Assembly: GCA_964649545.1 (NCBI GenBank)
Contig: CAZYPY010000007.1
Location: forward strand, 4,698-68,697
Length of the DNA stretch: 64,000 bases
Origin: an uncultured Microthrixaceae bacterium
GTDB taxonomy: Bacteria; Actinomycetota; Acidimicrobiia; Acidimicrobiales; DATDAH01
Reading direction: 5' to 3'
Below are positions 24,699-38,003 of the stretch, piece by piece; positions within the stretch are counted from its first letter, which is position 1, and every line of letters starts with the position of its first letter. The notes below the pieces were generated by a model. It was not told where the DNA came from. It was given only the letters and a program-made list of their open reading frames with translations, and did not search any database. Made by a program: the position numbers and the translations under genes.

Positions 24699-25169
24699 GT
24701 GACGGGGACGATCGAGGTGGTGCCGGTCGGGCATGTGCGGGGCGGTCGGGCCGTGGTCGAGGACGACGGGTGGGACGCCGAGCGTTGCCGGATCGAGCTC
24801 GACGGCGGGGTGCTCGAGCCCGAGGCCACCCTCGGCCTCGACGCCTTCTCCCACGTCGAGGTGGTCTACGTCTTCGACCGGGTGGACCCCGACTCGGTGT
24901 GCACCGGCGCCCGCCACCCCCGTGGGCGCGAGGACTGGCCCCGCGTCGGCATCCTCGGGCAGCGGGCCAAGGACCGCCCCAACCGCATCGGGGTCACGAC
25001 CTGCGCGCTGCTCGCGGTCGGGCCGGGCTGGCTCGAGGTGCGCGGGCTGGACGCGGTCGACGGCACCCCGGTGCTCGACGTGAAGCCCCACCTCTCCGGC
25101 TTCGACCCGCGGGGCGAGGTGCGAGAACCGGCGTGGGCGGTCGAGCTCATGAACGGCTACTGGGAGTGA
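24699..25169 (+). CDS. TrmO/TsaA/YaeB-like SAM-binding protein (N-terminal domain only)
   Basis: LGLDAFSHVEVVY, RPNRIGVT and LDAVDGTPVLDVKP. Confidence 0.85.
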   Translation: MTGTIEVVPVGHVRGGRAVVEDDGWDAERCRIELDGGVLEPEATLGLDAFSHVEVVYVFDRVDPDSVCTGARHPRGREDWPRVGILGQRAKDRPNRIGVTTCALLAVGPGWLEVRGLDAVDGTPVLDVKPHLSGFDPRGEVREPAWAVELMNGYWE

Positions 25170-25194
25170 CCCCAGGCGCGATCATCGAGGCGTC

Positions 25195-26160
25195 ATGGAG
25201 ATCCCGACCCTCGACGACGTGCGCCGTGCGACCGAGCGCGTCTCGCCGCGCGTGCACCGCACGCCCGTCCTGACCAGTCGCTCGGTCGACCAGCTCGCCG
25301 GTGGTCGGGTCCACTTCAAGTCGGAGCACCTGCAGCGGACCGGCTCGTTCAAGTTCCGGGGCGCGACCAACGCCGTGCTCGCGCTCGACGACGCCGCGGC
25401 CGGCCGAGGCGTGGCGGCCCACTCGTCGGGCAACCACGCCGCGGCCCTCGCCCTCGCCGCCCGCGACCGCGGCGTGCCGTGCCACGTCGTGATGCCGGAG
25501 GACGCGCCACGGGCGAAGCGGGAGGCGACCGCGGCCTACGGCGCTTCGATCGTGCTCTGCGAGCCGACTCTGGCGGCCCGGTCCGAGACGCTCGCCGAGG
25601 TGCTCGACCGGACCGGCGCCACCGAGATCCACCCCTACGACCGGCCCGAGGTGATCGCCGGCCAGGCCACGGCCACCCTGGAGCTGCTCGAAGAGGTGCC
25701 GGCCATCGGCGCCGTGATCGCACCGGTCAGCGGCGGCGGACTGCTCTCGGGCACCGCCATCGCCGCCAAGGGCGTCGACCGGGGCATCGCCGTGATCGGA
25801 GCCGAACCCGCCGCCGTCGACGACGCCGCCCGCTCGCTGGCCGCGGGCCGGCGCATCCCGGACGGCAACGGCACCTCGATCGCGGACGGCCTGCTCGCCG
25901 TCCTGAGCGACCGCACGTTCACGATCCTGCGTGACCACGACGTGCGGGTGGTCACCGTCACCGAGGACGAGATCGTCGACGCCATGGCCCTGCTGTTCGC
26001 CCGTCTGAAGCAGGTGGTCGAGCCGAGCGGGGCCACCGCCCTCGCCGGCCTGCTCGCGCTGGTGCGCGCCGGCGTCCCCCTCCCGTCCGACGTCGGCGTG
26101 ATCCTCTCCGGCGGCAACGTCGACCTCGACCGCCTGCCGTTCGGGGCGGAGCCCTCGTGA
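25195..26160 (+). CDS. PLP-dependent serine/threonine dehydratase or serine racemase family
   Basis: KSEHLQRTGSFKFRGA, SSGNH, VSGGGLLSG, VEPSGA and SGGN. Confidence 0.9.
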   Translation: MEIPTLDDVRRATERVSPRVHRTPVLTSRSVDQLAGGRVHFKSEHLQRTGSFKFRGATNAVLALDDAAAGRGVAAHSSGNHAAALALAARDRGVPCHVVMPEDAPRAKREATAAYGASIVLCEPTLAARSETLAEVLDRTGATEIHPYDRPEVIAGQATATLELLEEVPAIGAVIAPVSGGGLLSGTAIAAKGVDRGIAVIGAEPAAVDDAARSLAAGRRIPDGNGTSIADGLLAVLSDRTFTILRDHDVRVVTVTEDEIVDAMALLFARLKQVVEPSGATALAGLLALVRAGVPLPSDVGVILSGGNVDLDRLPFGAEPS

Positions 26161-27284
26161 GCGGCCCGGCGTCACAGGTGCTGCCGTTCGCCCGCCTGCC
26201 GCTCACCTATGCCGAGTGCCGGACCCGGTTCCGGCGCGCTGCCACCGAAGCGGGGGTGTCGGTCACGGCCCACGCCCTCGACGCGATCGGCCCCGACGGC
26301 GAGGAGCTGACCGTCGACGTGGCCGAGGTCGGCCCGCCCGACGCCGAGGGGCTGCTCGTCGTCCTCTCGGGCGTGCACGGCGTCGAGGGGTTCGTCGGCT
26401 CGGCACTGCAGTGCGATCTCCTCGACCGGCTGGCCACCTCGCCGCTGCCCCCCGGCGTCGGCCTCCTCCTCGTCCACGCGGTGAACCCGTGGGGCATGGC
26501 GTGGTGGCGACGGGAGAACGAGTCCAACGTGGACCTCAACCGCAACTGGCGCCGCAGCGACACCGAGCCCGAGCACAACGACGCCTACGACGAGGTGCAC
26601 GAGCTCGCCTGCCCGGCGACGCCCGACCTGCCCGACGTCGACGAGCTGTTGGTCCACGCCGCCTCACTCGTGGCCGAGCGGGGCGCCGCCTGGGTCCGCG
26701 ACGCCATCACGGTCGGCCAGTACCGCCACCCGGACGGCCTCCACTACGGCGGCGAGTCCACCGAGGCGTCGAACCGGGTGCTCGAGGGCGTGGTCGCCGA
26801 GCACGTCGTCGGCCGCGACCACGTCCTCGTCGTCGACCTCCACACCGGGCACGGGCCCCGGGGCGAGCTCACCCTGTTGAGCGACGAGCCGCCCGGCAGC
26901 GACCAGGACCGGTTCCTGCGCGATCGGTTCACCGGCGTGCGGGTCGAGGCCACGGTGGGGAACCCCGACGCCACCACCGGGCGCAAGGCCGGCCAGATCG
27001 CCAACGGCATCCGCGACCTGCTGCCCCCCGGTCGCTGCTGGTCGACGTCCGCCGAGATCGGCACCGCCGACGATCTCGAGCAGCTCGCCGCCACGTACCG
27101 GTCGCGGTGGGTGGCGTTCCACGGCGACCGTCGGGTCCCGGCGCACGCCGCCGCGGTCTGGGCCTACCGTTGCTGCTTCACCCCCGACGACCCCGCATGG
27201 GAGCGGGCCGCCCTCGAGGGCGGCCGCCGGCTCCTCGACGAGGCCGTCACCGCCGTCGCCACGTGGCCCCCGACCACCGACTGA
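26157..27284 (+). CDS. DUF2817 / M14-like metallocarboxypeptidase-fold protein
   Basis: SGVHGVEG (HxxE), HAVNPWG, NESNVDLNRN and DLHTGHG. Confidence 0.8.
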   Translation: MSGPASQVLPFARLPLTYAECRTRFRRAATEAGVSVTAHALDAIGPDGEELTVDVAEVGPPDAEGLLVVLSGVHGVEGFVGSALQCDLLDRLATSPLPPGVGLLLVHAVNPWGMAWWRRENESNVDLNRNWRRSDTEPEHNDAYDEVHELACPATPDLPDVDELLVHAASLVAERGAAWVRDAITVGQYRHPDGLHYGGESTEASNRVLEGVVAEHVVGRDHVLVVDLHTGHGPRGELTLLSDEPPGSDQDRFLRDRFTGVRVEATVGNPDATTGRKAGQIANGIRDLLPPGRCWSTSAEIGTADDLEQLAATYRSRWVAFHGDRRVPAHAAAVWAYRCCFTPDDPAWERAALEGGRRLLDEAVTAVATWPPTTD

Positions 27285-27299
27285 CCCGGAGCGCCCGTC

Positions 27300-28550
27300 A
27301 TGCCCCTTCCCCCGACCGGCCGGAGCAAGGACGACCTCCTCGCGGAGCTCGAGGCCAAACGGGCCGGTGACGTGCGCTGGCAGGAGGGGCGCACCTTCGG
27401 GATGGTCTACGACGCCGGGCCCGAGGCCCACGACGTGCTCGAGGCCGTCGCCGCGATGTTCCTCCACGACAACGCGCTGAACACCCTGGCCTTCCCCAGC
27501 CTCGGCAAGATCCAGAGCGAGGTGGTCGGCATCACCGCCGACCTCCTGCACGGCGAGACCGCCGCCGGCTTCCTCACCTCCGGCGGCACCGAGAGCATCC
27601 TCATGGCGGTCAAGGCGGCCCGCGAGCGGGGCCGGGAGGAGCGGGGGATCACCGCGCCCGAGATCGTCGTGCCCGTCAGCGCCCACGCCGCGTTCCACAA
27701 GGCGGCCCACTACTTCGGGCTCACCGTGCGCCGGGTGCCGGTGCGCGACGACTGGCGGGCCGACGTCGACGCCGCCGCCGAGCTCGTGGGGCCCGACACC
27801 GTCCTCGTGGTCGGGTCGGCGCCGCAGTACCCGCAGGGCGTGATCGACCCGATCCCCGAGCTCGCCGCGCTGGCGGCCGACGTGGGGGCCAACTTCCACA
27901 CCGACGCCTGCATGGGCGGCTTCGTGCTGCCCTTCCTGGAGGAGCTCGGCCACGACGTCCCGCCGTGGGACTTCCGCGTCGACGGCGTGACGAGCATCTC
28001 GGCCGACATCCACAAGCTCGGCTACGCCCCCAAGGGCGCCTCGGTCATCCTGCACCGCACCAAGGAGCTCCGGCGCTGGCAGACCTTCGTCTTCGACGAC
28101 TGGCTGGGCGGCTTCTACGCCTCGCCCAACATGCAGGGCACGCGGGCGGCGCTGCCGATGGCGTGCGCCTGGGCGATCCTGCAGCACCTCGGCCTCGAGG
28201 GCTACCTGCGCCTGACCGCGGCGACGGTGGACGCCCGGGCCCGCCTGGTCGCCGGCGTCCGTGCCGTGCCCGGGCTCGTGGTGCTGGGCGAGCCGGAGGC
28301 CCACCTGTGCGCGATCACCGCCGACCCCGACCACCCCGCGGCGATCGACGTCTTCGCCCTCGGCGACGCGCTCCAGCGCCGCGGCTGGTTCCACGATCGC
28401 CAGACGCCGCCCGACTCGCTCCACGCCACCGTCTCGGCCGGCAACGCACCGGTGATCGACGACTACCTCGCCGACCTGGCCGAGGCGGTGGACGAGGTCC
28501 GCGGCACCCGCAAGGACGACCGCTCGACCAACTACGCCACCCTGGAGTGA
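27300..28550 (+). CDS. Sphingosine-1-phosphate lyase-like PLP-dependent enzyme (fold type I, group II decarboxylase family)
   Basis: TSGGTESILMA, SAPQYPQGVIDPI, HTDACMGGF and SADIHKLGYAPKG. Confidence 0.85.
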   Translation: MPLPPTGRSKDDLLAELEAKRAGDVRWQEGRTFGMVYDAGPEAHDVLEAVAAMFLHDNALNTLAFPSLGKIQSEVVGITADLLHGETAAGFLTSGGTESILMAVKAARERGREERGITAPEIVVPVSAHAAFHKAAHYFGLTVRRVPVRDDWRADVDAAAELVGPDTVLVVGSAPQYPQGVIDPIPELAALAADVGANFHTDACMGGFVLPFLEELGHDVPPWDFRVDGVTSISADIHKLGYAPKGASVILHRTKELRRWQTFVFDDWLGGFYASPNMQGTRAALPMACAWAILQHLGLEGYLRLTAATVDARARLVAGVRAVPGLVVLGEPEAHLCAITADPDHPAAIDVFALGDALQRRGWFHDRQTPPDSLHATVSAGNAPVIDDYLADLAEAVDEVRGTRKDDRSTNYATLE

Positions 28551-28604
28551 CCCGGCCGGTGGGCTTGCGGACGGCCCGAGGTCATCGGGCAAGCTGGCGA
28601 CCGC

Positions 28605-30074
28605 ATGGACCCCCTGGATGACCGGACTCCGGTGCTCGTCGGGTACGGCTCGGTGCACCAGCGCCTGGCGGCCCACGAGGGCGCCCTCGACGCCGCCGGG
28701 CTGATGATCGAGGCGGCCCGACGGTCGCTGCCGCGCGAGCTGGTCGACACCGTCCTCCCGGGCGTCGACTGGGTGGGCGCCACCCAGGGCCTGACCCACT
28801 ACCCCGACCCGGCACGCCTGGTGGCCGAGGCGATCGGGGCGCCGGGCGCGCACACCGTGCTCGCCCGGATCGGCGTGATGCAGCAGACCCTCGTGTCGCA
28901 GGCGTGCGCGCGGGTGCAGTCCGGCGCCTCGACCCTCGCGCTCGTGGTGGGCGGGGAGGCCCGCTACCGCGACGTGGTCGCCCTCGCCGCCGGCGAGGAG
29001 GTCGCGCCGACGCCACAGGACGCCGACGTCGAGCCCGACGAGGTGCTCCTGCCGGCGGAGGAGCTGGCGCTGCCGTGCGAGCGGGCGGCCGGTGCGAGCG
29101 GGGCGCCCGCGTTCTACGCCCTGCTCGAGAGCGAGCGCCGGGCGCGCCTCGGGCAGACGCCCGACGAGAACCGCCGCGAGCTCGGCGCGCTCTACGCCCG
29201 GTTCTCCGAGATCGCGGCGGGCAACCCCGACGCGGTGCGCCGCGACGTCCGGAGCGCCGAGGAGCTCGCCACGCCGTCGGCCGCCAACCCGTACGTGGCG
29301 TATCCCTACACCAAGCTGATGGTCACCACCTGGACGGTCGACCAGGCCGCGGCGCTGCTGTTCTGCACCGTCGGCACCGCCCGACGGCTGGGCATCCCCG
29401 AAGCCCGCTGGGTGTACCCCGTGGTGGCGGTGGAGTCCAACCACATGGTCCCGGTGACCGCACGGCAGCACCTCACCCAACCCGAGGCGATGCGGGCCAT
29501 GGCCCGCGCCTGTCGGCGTGCGGCCGAGGTCGAACCGGCGGAGGTCGACCTCCTCGACCTCTACAGCTGCTTTCCCGTCGCCGTCACCACCGCCGCCGAG
29601 GGTCTGGGCGTGCCCGCCGGCCGTGACCTCACCGTGACCGGCGGCATGTCCTTCGCCGGCGGTCCGCTGAACAACTACGTGTTCCAGGCGCTGGCGCGGG
29701 CGGCCCAGCTGCTGGCCGAGGGTGCGGGCCGGACGGCGCTCGTGACCTGCGTGAGCGGCTTCTACACCAAGCAGGGCCTCACCGTGCTGGCGACCGCGCC
29801 GCCGGCGCGGCCCTTCTCGGTGCAGGACGTCACCGCCGAGGTCGACGAGCTCGAGCCGGCGCTTCCCGTCGACGACCAGGCCGAGGGGCCCGGCACGGTG
29901 GTCGCCGCCACCGTGGCGTACCGGGCCGACGAGCCCGCCCGTGCCCTGGCCGTCATCGACCTGGCGAGCGGGCACCGCACCATGGCGGGCTGCCTCGACC
30001 CGGCGGTGGTGGACCGCTTCACCACCGACGAGCCCGTCGGCCTGCCGGTCGCCGTGCACGCCGGCTCGTTCTCG

Positions 30075-30086
<12 letters not shown>
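28605..30086 (+). CDS. Thiolase-like protein with C-terminal extension
   Basis: TPVLVGYG, VVGGEA, DLYSCFP and TVTGGMSFAGGPLNNY. Confidence 0.8.
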
Positions 30087-33274
<3,188 letters not shown>

Positions 33275-33298
33275 TCCGGTCGCCCGTAGGCTCGGTCC

Positions 33299-34270
33299 GT
33301 GCCGGTCGGTCGGTTCGCGCCCACGCCCTCGGGTCAGCTGCACCTGGGCAGCCTGCGCACCGCGGCGGCGGCGTGGCTCTTCGCCCGGCAGGCGGGCAGC
33401 GCCTTCCTGTTGCGGGTCGAGGACCTCGACCCGAACGTCAGCCGTCACGGGTTCGAACAGGGCCAGGTCGCCGACCTCACCGCGATCGGCGTCGACTGGG
33501 ACGGTCCGGTGGTGCGGCAGTCGGAGCGGCGTGAGCGCTACGAGGCGGCGCTCGCGCAGCTGGTCGACCGCGGTCTGACCTACGAGTGCTTCTGCACCAG
33601 ACGGGAGATCCGGGAGGCGAGCACGGCCCCCCACGTGGCGCCCGGCACCTATCCCGGGACGTGCCGCGACCTCACCGCCGCCGAACGGGCTGCGGCCCAT
33701 CGCTCGGGGCGCCCGGCCGCGCTGCGCCTGCGGGGTGACGGGGCCCCGGTCCGGATCGTCGACGAGCTGCGGGGCGTCGTCGAGGCGTGCGTCGACGACG
33801 TCGTCCTCCGTCGCAACGACGGGGTGGCGGCGTACAACCTGGCCGTCGTGGTGGACGACGCCGACCAGGGTGTCGAGCAGGTCGTCCGAGCCGAGGACCT
33901 CCTGCCCGTGGCCCCGACGCAGGCCCACCTGTACGACCTGCTCGGACGGCCCCGCCCCCGCTGGGCGCACGTGCCGCTGGTCGTCGGCCCGGACGGGGCG
34001 CGCCTCGCCAAGCGCCACGGCTCGGTCACGCTCGCCGACCTCCGCTCGGCCGGCGTGACGGTGGCGGCGGTGGTGGCCTGGATCGGGCGCGGGCTCGGCA
34101 TCGACGACGTCGACGGGGCGCGGTCCGTCGCCCACCTGGTGGAGCGCTTCGACGCGGCGGCCATCCCTGCGGGCGCCGCGACCGTCCTCGATCCCGAGGG
34201 GTCCCACCTCGGGACGCCGGCGCTCGATCAGGCGGGGCCGCGCCCGTCGGCCTACGGTCGTCGGCCGTGA
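33299..34270 (+). CDS. gluQ: Glutamyl-Q tRNA(Asp) synthetase (catalytic domain only)
   Basis: RFAPTPSGQLHLGS, LRVEDLD, CFC...Y...C zinc site and LAKRHG; no anticodon-binding domain. Confidence 0.88.
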   Translation: MPVGRFAPTPSGQLHLGSLRTAAAAWLFARQAGSAFLLRVEDLDPNVSRHGFEQGQVADLTAIGVDWDGPVVRQSERRERYEAALAQLVDRGLTYECFCTRREIREASTAPHVAPGTYPGTCRDLTAAERAAAHRSGRPAALRLRGDGAPVRIVDELRGVVEACVDDVVLRRNDGVAAYNLAVVVDDADQGVEQVVRAEDLLPVAPTQAHLYDLLGRPRPRWAHVPLVVGPDGARLAKRHGSVTLADLRSAGVTVAAVVAWIGRGLGIDDVDGARSVAHLVERFDAAAIPAGAATVLDPEGSHLGTPALDQAGPRPSAYGRRP

Positions 34271-34866
34271 CCGCGAACCGCTGGCTCGAGCTGCTCGAGG
34301 AGAACCCGGGGCACTCGGCCTGGTACATCGAGCGGTTCCGGTCGATGGCCGCCGAGGGGGCCGACCTCGACGGTGAGGCCCGCCTCGTCGACGCCATGGC
34401 CCCCCGGCAGGCCCACATCCTCGACGCCGGCTGCGGGCCCGGCCGGGTCGGAGGACGGCTCGCCCGACTCGGTCACCGCGTGGTGGGCGTCGACCTCGAC
34501 CCGGCGCTCGTCGAGGCCGCCGAGGCCGACCACCCCGGCCCCACCTGGCTCGTCGCGGACCTGAGCGAGCTCGACCTCCCCGGGATGGGCGTCGACGAGC
34601 CGTTCGACGTGATCGTCAGCGCGGGCAACGTCATGGCCTTCCTGGATCCGGCGACCCGTCGCCCCGTGCTGGGCCGGCTCGGTGCCCACCTCGCCCCCGA
34701 GGGCCGGATCGTCGTGGGCTTCGGCGCGGACCGCGGCTACCCGTTCGAGGAGTTCTTCGCCGACGTGGAGGCCGCCGGGTTGCGCGGCGTGGTCCGGCTC
34801 GCGACCTGGGACCTCCGGCCCTTCGAGCCGGACTCGGACTTCCTCGTCGCCGTCCTCACCACCTGA
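34267..34866 (+). CDS. Class I SAM-dependent methyltransferase
   Basis: ILDAGCGPGR, GVDLD and AGNVMAF; GTGA overlap with gluQ. Confidence 0.9.
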   Translation: MTANRWLELLEENPGHSAWYIERFRSMAAEGADLDGEARLVDAMAPRQAHILDAGCGPGRVGGRLARLGHRVVGVDLDPALVEAAEADHPGPTWLVADLSELDLPGMGVDEPFDVIVSAGNVMAFLDPATRRPVLGRLGAHLAPEGRIVVGFGADRGYPFEEFFADVEAAGLRGVVRLATWDLRPFEPDSDFLVAVLTT

Positions 34867-34905
34867 CGGGTCGCGGGCGCCCGGGTCGGCGCTCGGTGGG
34901 GGTGG

Positions 34906-36594
34906 TCAACCGATCGACGACGCGAGCGCGTCGGCGAGCGCGGCGGCCGGGTCGGGGGGCAGGGACGGCGAACGCCAGGCGACGTGCTGGTCGGGCCGGA
35001 CGAGCAGCGCGCCGTCGGGCCCCGGTTGCGTGCGCGCCCACCACCCGGGGCTCGCGACGACGTCCTCGGACAGCCGCACGTGGTGCAAGGGCGCGCCGTG
35101 CACGGACGCGTCGACCGCGTCGGCCCAGGCGGCGTGCCCGCCGAAGGTGAGCAGCGTCAGGCCGTCCGCGGGCACCAGGTCGAGGGTCGAGCGGCTGTCC
35201 GCCAGCCAGCCGTGGGGCAGTCGGGCGCCGACCTCCGCCGTCGGCGCGAAGGTGCTCGGGTCCTCGATGGGCGCCGGCGGTCCGCCCTCGCGGACGAGCG
35301 CGCCCTCGGCGTAGACGTAGCCGAGCTGGAGGCCGAGCATGTCGAAGTGCGTCGTCTGCTCGGCCACGGCCGCCTCGATCGCCGGTCGCCGAGCGGGGTC
35401 GGACAACGCCGCCGCCAGGTCGGCGCTGGTGGCGCCGGGGCGAACGCCGAGGGCCTCGTGGAGGTGCACGATCTTGAACGCGTTGGTGGCGCTCTGGTGG
35501 CAGTTGCTCTCGGCCACCGGTCGCCGTTCGGACTCGTAGGTGTCGACGAGGGCCGGGGGCGCCCAGCCGTCCTCGACCGCGCACAGCTTCCAGACCAGGT
35601 TGTGGGCGTCGGCGACCCCGGTGTTGAGCCCCATGCCGCCCGTGGGCGGGAAGCGGTGAGCGGCGTCGCCGATCAGGACGACCCGGCGGTCGCGCAGGCG
35701 CTCGGCCACCTGGGCGGACATGTGCCAGGTGCCCACGCCCACGACGTCCGTGGCGTCGACGGGGGCCGCGGGATCGCCGATGGCCTCGTTCAGGAGGGCG
35801 GCGCACCGCGCCGCGTCGTAGTCCCCGACCGACTCGGCCTCGGGGTCGTAGGCCACCATGAACACCCACTCACGGTCGAGGTCGTGGGCGATGAAGGTGC
35901 CCTGGGCCTCGGGGTCGAGCACGAAGTGCAGCACGCCGGGGCGGCCGGCCACGTAGGGGCGAAGGTTCGCCTCGACGTGGATGGCCACGAAGCTCTGGAT
36001 GCTCGCCGGCCCCAGCATGGGGATGCCCAGCCACTTGCGCACCGGGCTCCCGGCCCCGTCGGCGCCGAGCAGGTAGGCGCTGCGCACGGTGGTCTCCTCA
36101 CCGGTGGTGCGGTCCACGAGCACCGAGGTCACGCCGTCGGGGTCCTGGGTGGCGGAGCGCCACTCGACGCCGTAGCGGAGGTCGGCGACGCCGGCGACCT
36201 GCTCGGCCAGGAGGGGCTCGAGGCGGTGCTGGCTGATGTTGCGCAGGGGCGTGGGCGTGAGGGCCAGGCATTCGTCACCCTGGCGCTCGAAGGGCAGGCG
36301 CCCGATGACCTCCCCGCCGAGGCGGGTCACGAAGTTCACGTGGCCGGCGTCGGCCGGATCCTTGGCGAGGGCCTCGATGGCGTGCAGGTCGAGCCCGGCC
36401 TGGCGGAAGATCTCGAGGGTGCGCGCGTTCACGACGTGCGCCGCCGGGTTGCGCTGCGGGCCGTCACGGCGCTCGACGACCAGGCACCGGCGACCGGCGT
36501 TGGCCAGTAGCTTCGCCGCGGTCAGGCCCACCGGTCCGGCACCCACGATCAGCACCGGGGTCTCGACGGTGGCGTCGTCGACCACGCCCGTCAT
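34906..36594 (-). CDS. FAD-dependent monooxygenase (class A, PheA/TfdB-like)
   Basis: IVGAGPVG, GADGAGS, GDAAHRFPPTGGMGLNTG and C-terminal LVRPDQHVAWR. Confidence 0.9.
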   Translation of the reverse strand: MTGVVDDATVETPVLIVGAGPVGLTAAKLLANAGRRCLVVERRDGPQRNPAAHVVNARTLEIFRQAGLDLHAIEALAKDPADAGHVNFVTRLGGEVIGRLPFERQGDECLALTPTPLRNISQHRLEPLLAEQVAGVADLRYGVEWRSATQDPDGVTSVLVDRTTGEETTVRSAYLLGADGAGSPVRKWLGIPMLGPASIQSFVAIHVEANLRPYVAGRPGVLHFVLDPEAQGTFIAHDLDREWVFMVAYDPEAESVGDYDAARCAALLNEAIGDPAAPVDATDVVGVGTWHMSAQVAERLRDRRVVLIGDAAHRFPPTGGMGLNTGVADAHNLVWKLCAVEDGWAPPALVDTYESERRPVAESNCHQSATNAFKIVHLHEALGVRPGATSADLAAALSDPARRPAIEAAVAEQTTHFDMLGLQLGYVYAEGALVREGGPPAPIEDPSTFAPTAEVGARLPHGWLADSRSTLDLVPADGLTLLTFGGHAAWADAVDASVHGAPLHHVRLSEDVVASPGWWARTQPGPDGALLVRPDQHVAWRSPSLPPDPAAALADALASSIG

Positions 36595-37373
36595 CAGAGC
36601 AGCCCGCCGTAGCTGCCGCCGTCGAGCTGCAGGTTCTGCCCGCTGACGAAGCCGGCCTGCGCGCTGCAGAGGTACGCGCAGGCGTCACCCACCTCGTCGG
36701 GACGGCCGAGGCGGCCGGCGGCGATGGTCGACGCCATGTGCTCGTAGGCCTGCTCGACCGTGATGCCGGCGAGCGAGGCGTGGAGCTCGGCCATCTGGCG
36801 CTGGCGGCCCGTGTCGATGCGCTCGGGCAACAGGTTGTTGATGGTCACGTTGGCGCCCGCCACGTCCTTGGAGAGGGCCTTGGCGACCGAGGTCAGTCCG
36901 GTGCGAGCGCCCGTCGAGAGGCCCATCGGGGACAGCGGCGTCTTGACCATGGCCGAGGTGATGTTGACGACCCGGCCGAACCCGCGCTCGACCATGCCGT
37001 CGAGGACCGCCCGGATCATGGCCAGCGGGGCGAGCATGTTCGCGTCGAGGGCGGCGATCCAGTCGTCACGGTCCCAGTCGGCGAACCGACCCGGAGTCGG
37101 GCCGCCGTTGTTGTTCACGAGGATGTCGGGCTCGGGGCACGCCGCGAGGAGCGCCTCCTGGGTGGCCGGCGCGGCGATGTCGCCGGCGATCGACCCGACC
37201 TCGACGTCGTGACGGTCGGTCAGCCGGGCCACCGCGTCCGCGAGTCCGTCGGGGTCGCGTCCGTTCACGGTGACGTGGACGCCTTCGCGGGCCAGCGCCT
37301 CGGCGCAGGCGAAGCCGAGGCCGCGACTGGATGCGCACACGATGGCCCGGCGACCGGCGATGCCGAGGTCCAC
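36594..37373 (-). CDS. SDR oxidoreductase (atypical, no YxxxK)
   Basis: CASSRGLG, VNNNGGP and NITS; the catalytic helix reads LSTGART. Confidence 0.88.
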   Translation of the reverse strand: MDLGIAGRRAIVCASSRGLGFACAEALAREGVHVTVNGRDPDGLADAVARLTDRHDVEVGSIAGDIAAPATQEALLAACPEPDILVNNNGGPTPGRFADWDRDDWIAALDANMLAPLAMIRAVLDGMVERGFGRVVNITSAMVKTPLSPMGLSTGARTGLTSVAKALSKDVAGANVTINNLLPERIDTGRQRQMAELHASLAGITVEQAYEHMASTIAAGRLGRPDEVGDACAYLCSAQAGFVSGQNLQLDGGSYGGLL

Positions 37374-37377
37374 GGCG

Positions 37378-37947
37378 TCAGCGCTCGCCGGCGACCGTGC
37401 CGGCGAGCCGCTCGGCCAGTGCCGCCCGCCACTCGTCGGCGGGCTGGAACTCGGGGAGCGACTCGATCTCGGCCCGCGTGGTCGCCTCGATCTCGGCGTC
37501 GCCGGCCGAGAGGTCGAGCGCGCCGGCGTAGGGCTGGGCCACGTGGAACGGCGAGTCGACGAAGCACTCGAGGCCGTTGCCCTCGGGGTCGGTGAAGTAG
37601 AGGGACCAGGCGTTGCCGTGCGACACCGGGACCACCAGGTCCACCCCCGCCGCCGCGAGCCGCTCGCCGACCGCGCGGAGCTGGTCGAGCGTCCCGGTGC
37701 GGAAGGCCAGGTGGTCGGCCAGCATGAACGCCCGCGGGGGTGGGTCGGGCGTCTGCACGAGCACGATCTGGTGGTGCGCCCCGGGGTCCTGCGACAGGAA
37801 GGCCATCTCCCCCATGCCGGGAGCGGGCTCACCGCGGTTGGTCACGGTGAAGCCGAGGACGTCGGTGTAGAAGCCGACCATGGCGTCGAGGTCGCGCACC
37901 GCGAGGGTGACGTGGCCGAGGCGGAGCGTCGGGTCTGGAGGGCTCAT
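37378..37947 (-). CDS. VOC-family protein (single-domain extradiol dioxygenase/glyoxalase-like)
   Basis: LGHVTLAVRDLDAMVGFY, HHQIVL, DHLAF and HGNAWSLYFTDPEGNGLE. Confidence 0.85.
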   Translation of the reverse strand: MSPPDPTLRLGHVTLAVRDLDAMVGFYTDVLGFTVTNRGEPAPGMGEMAFLSQDPGAHHQIVLVQTPDPPPRAFMLADHLAFRTGTLDQLRAVGERLAAAGVDLVVPVSHGNAWSLYFTDPEGNGLECFVDSPFHVAQPYAGALDLSAGDAEIEATTRAEIESLPEFQPADEWRAALAERLAGTVAGER

Positions 37948-37950
37948 AGC

Positions 37951-37982
37951 TGACAGCCTGTCCAATATTGGACAGGCTGTCA
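37951..37982. promoter_or_regulatory. Perfect 32-bp palindrome (double TetR operator)
   Basis: TGACAGCCTGTCCAAT-ATTGGACAGGCTGTCA; each arm contains GACAG-s-CTGTC. Confidence 0.85.
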
Positions 37983-38003
37983 ATAGTGGGCCAGACTGAC
38001 CGC

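Noticed and set aside
33299-34270. Glutamate-tRNA ligase (gltX)
   Set aside because: Too short and lacks the anticodon-binding domain; the motifs fit GluQ.
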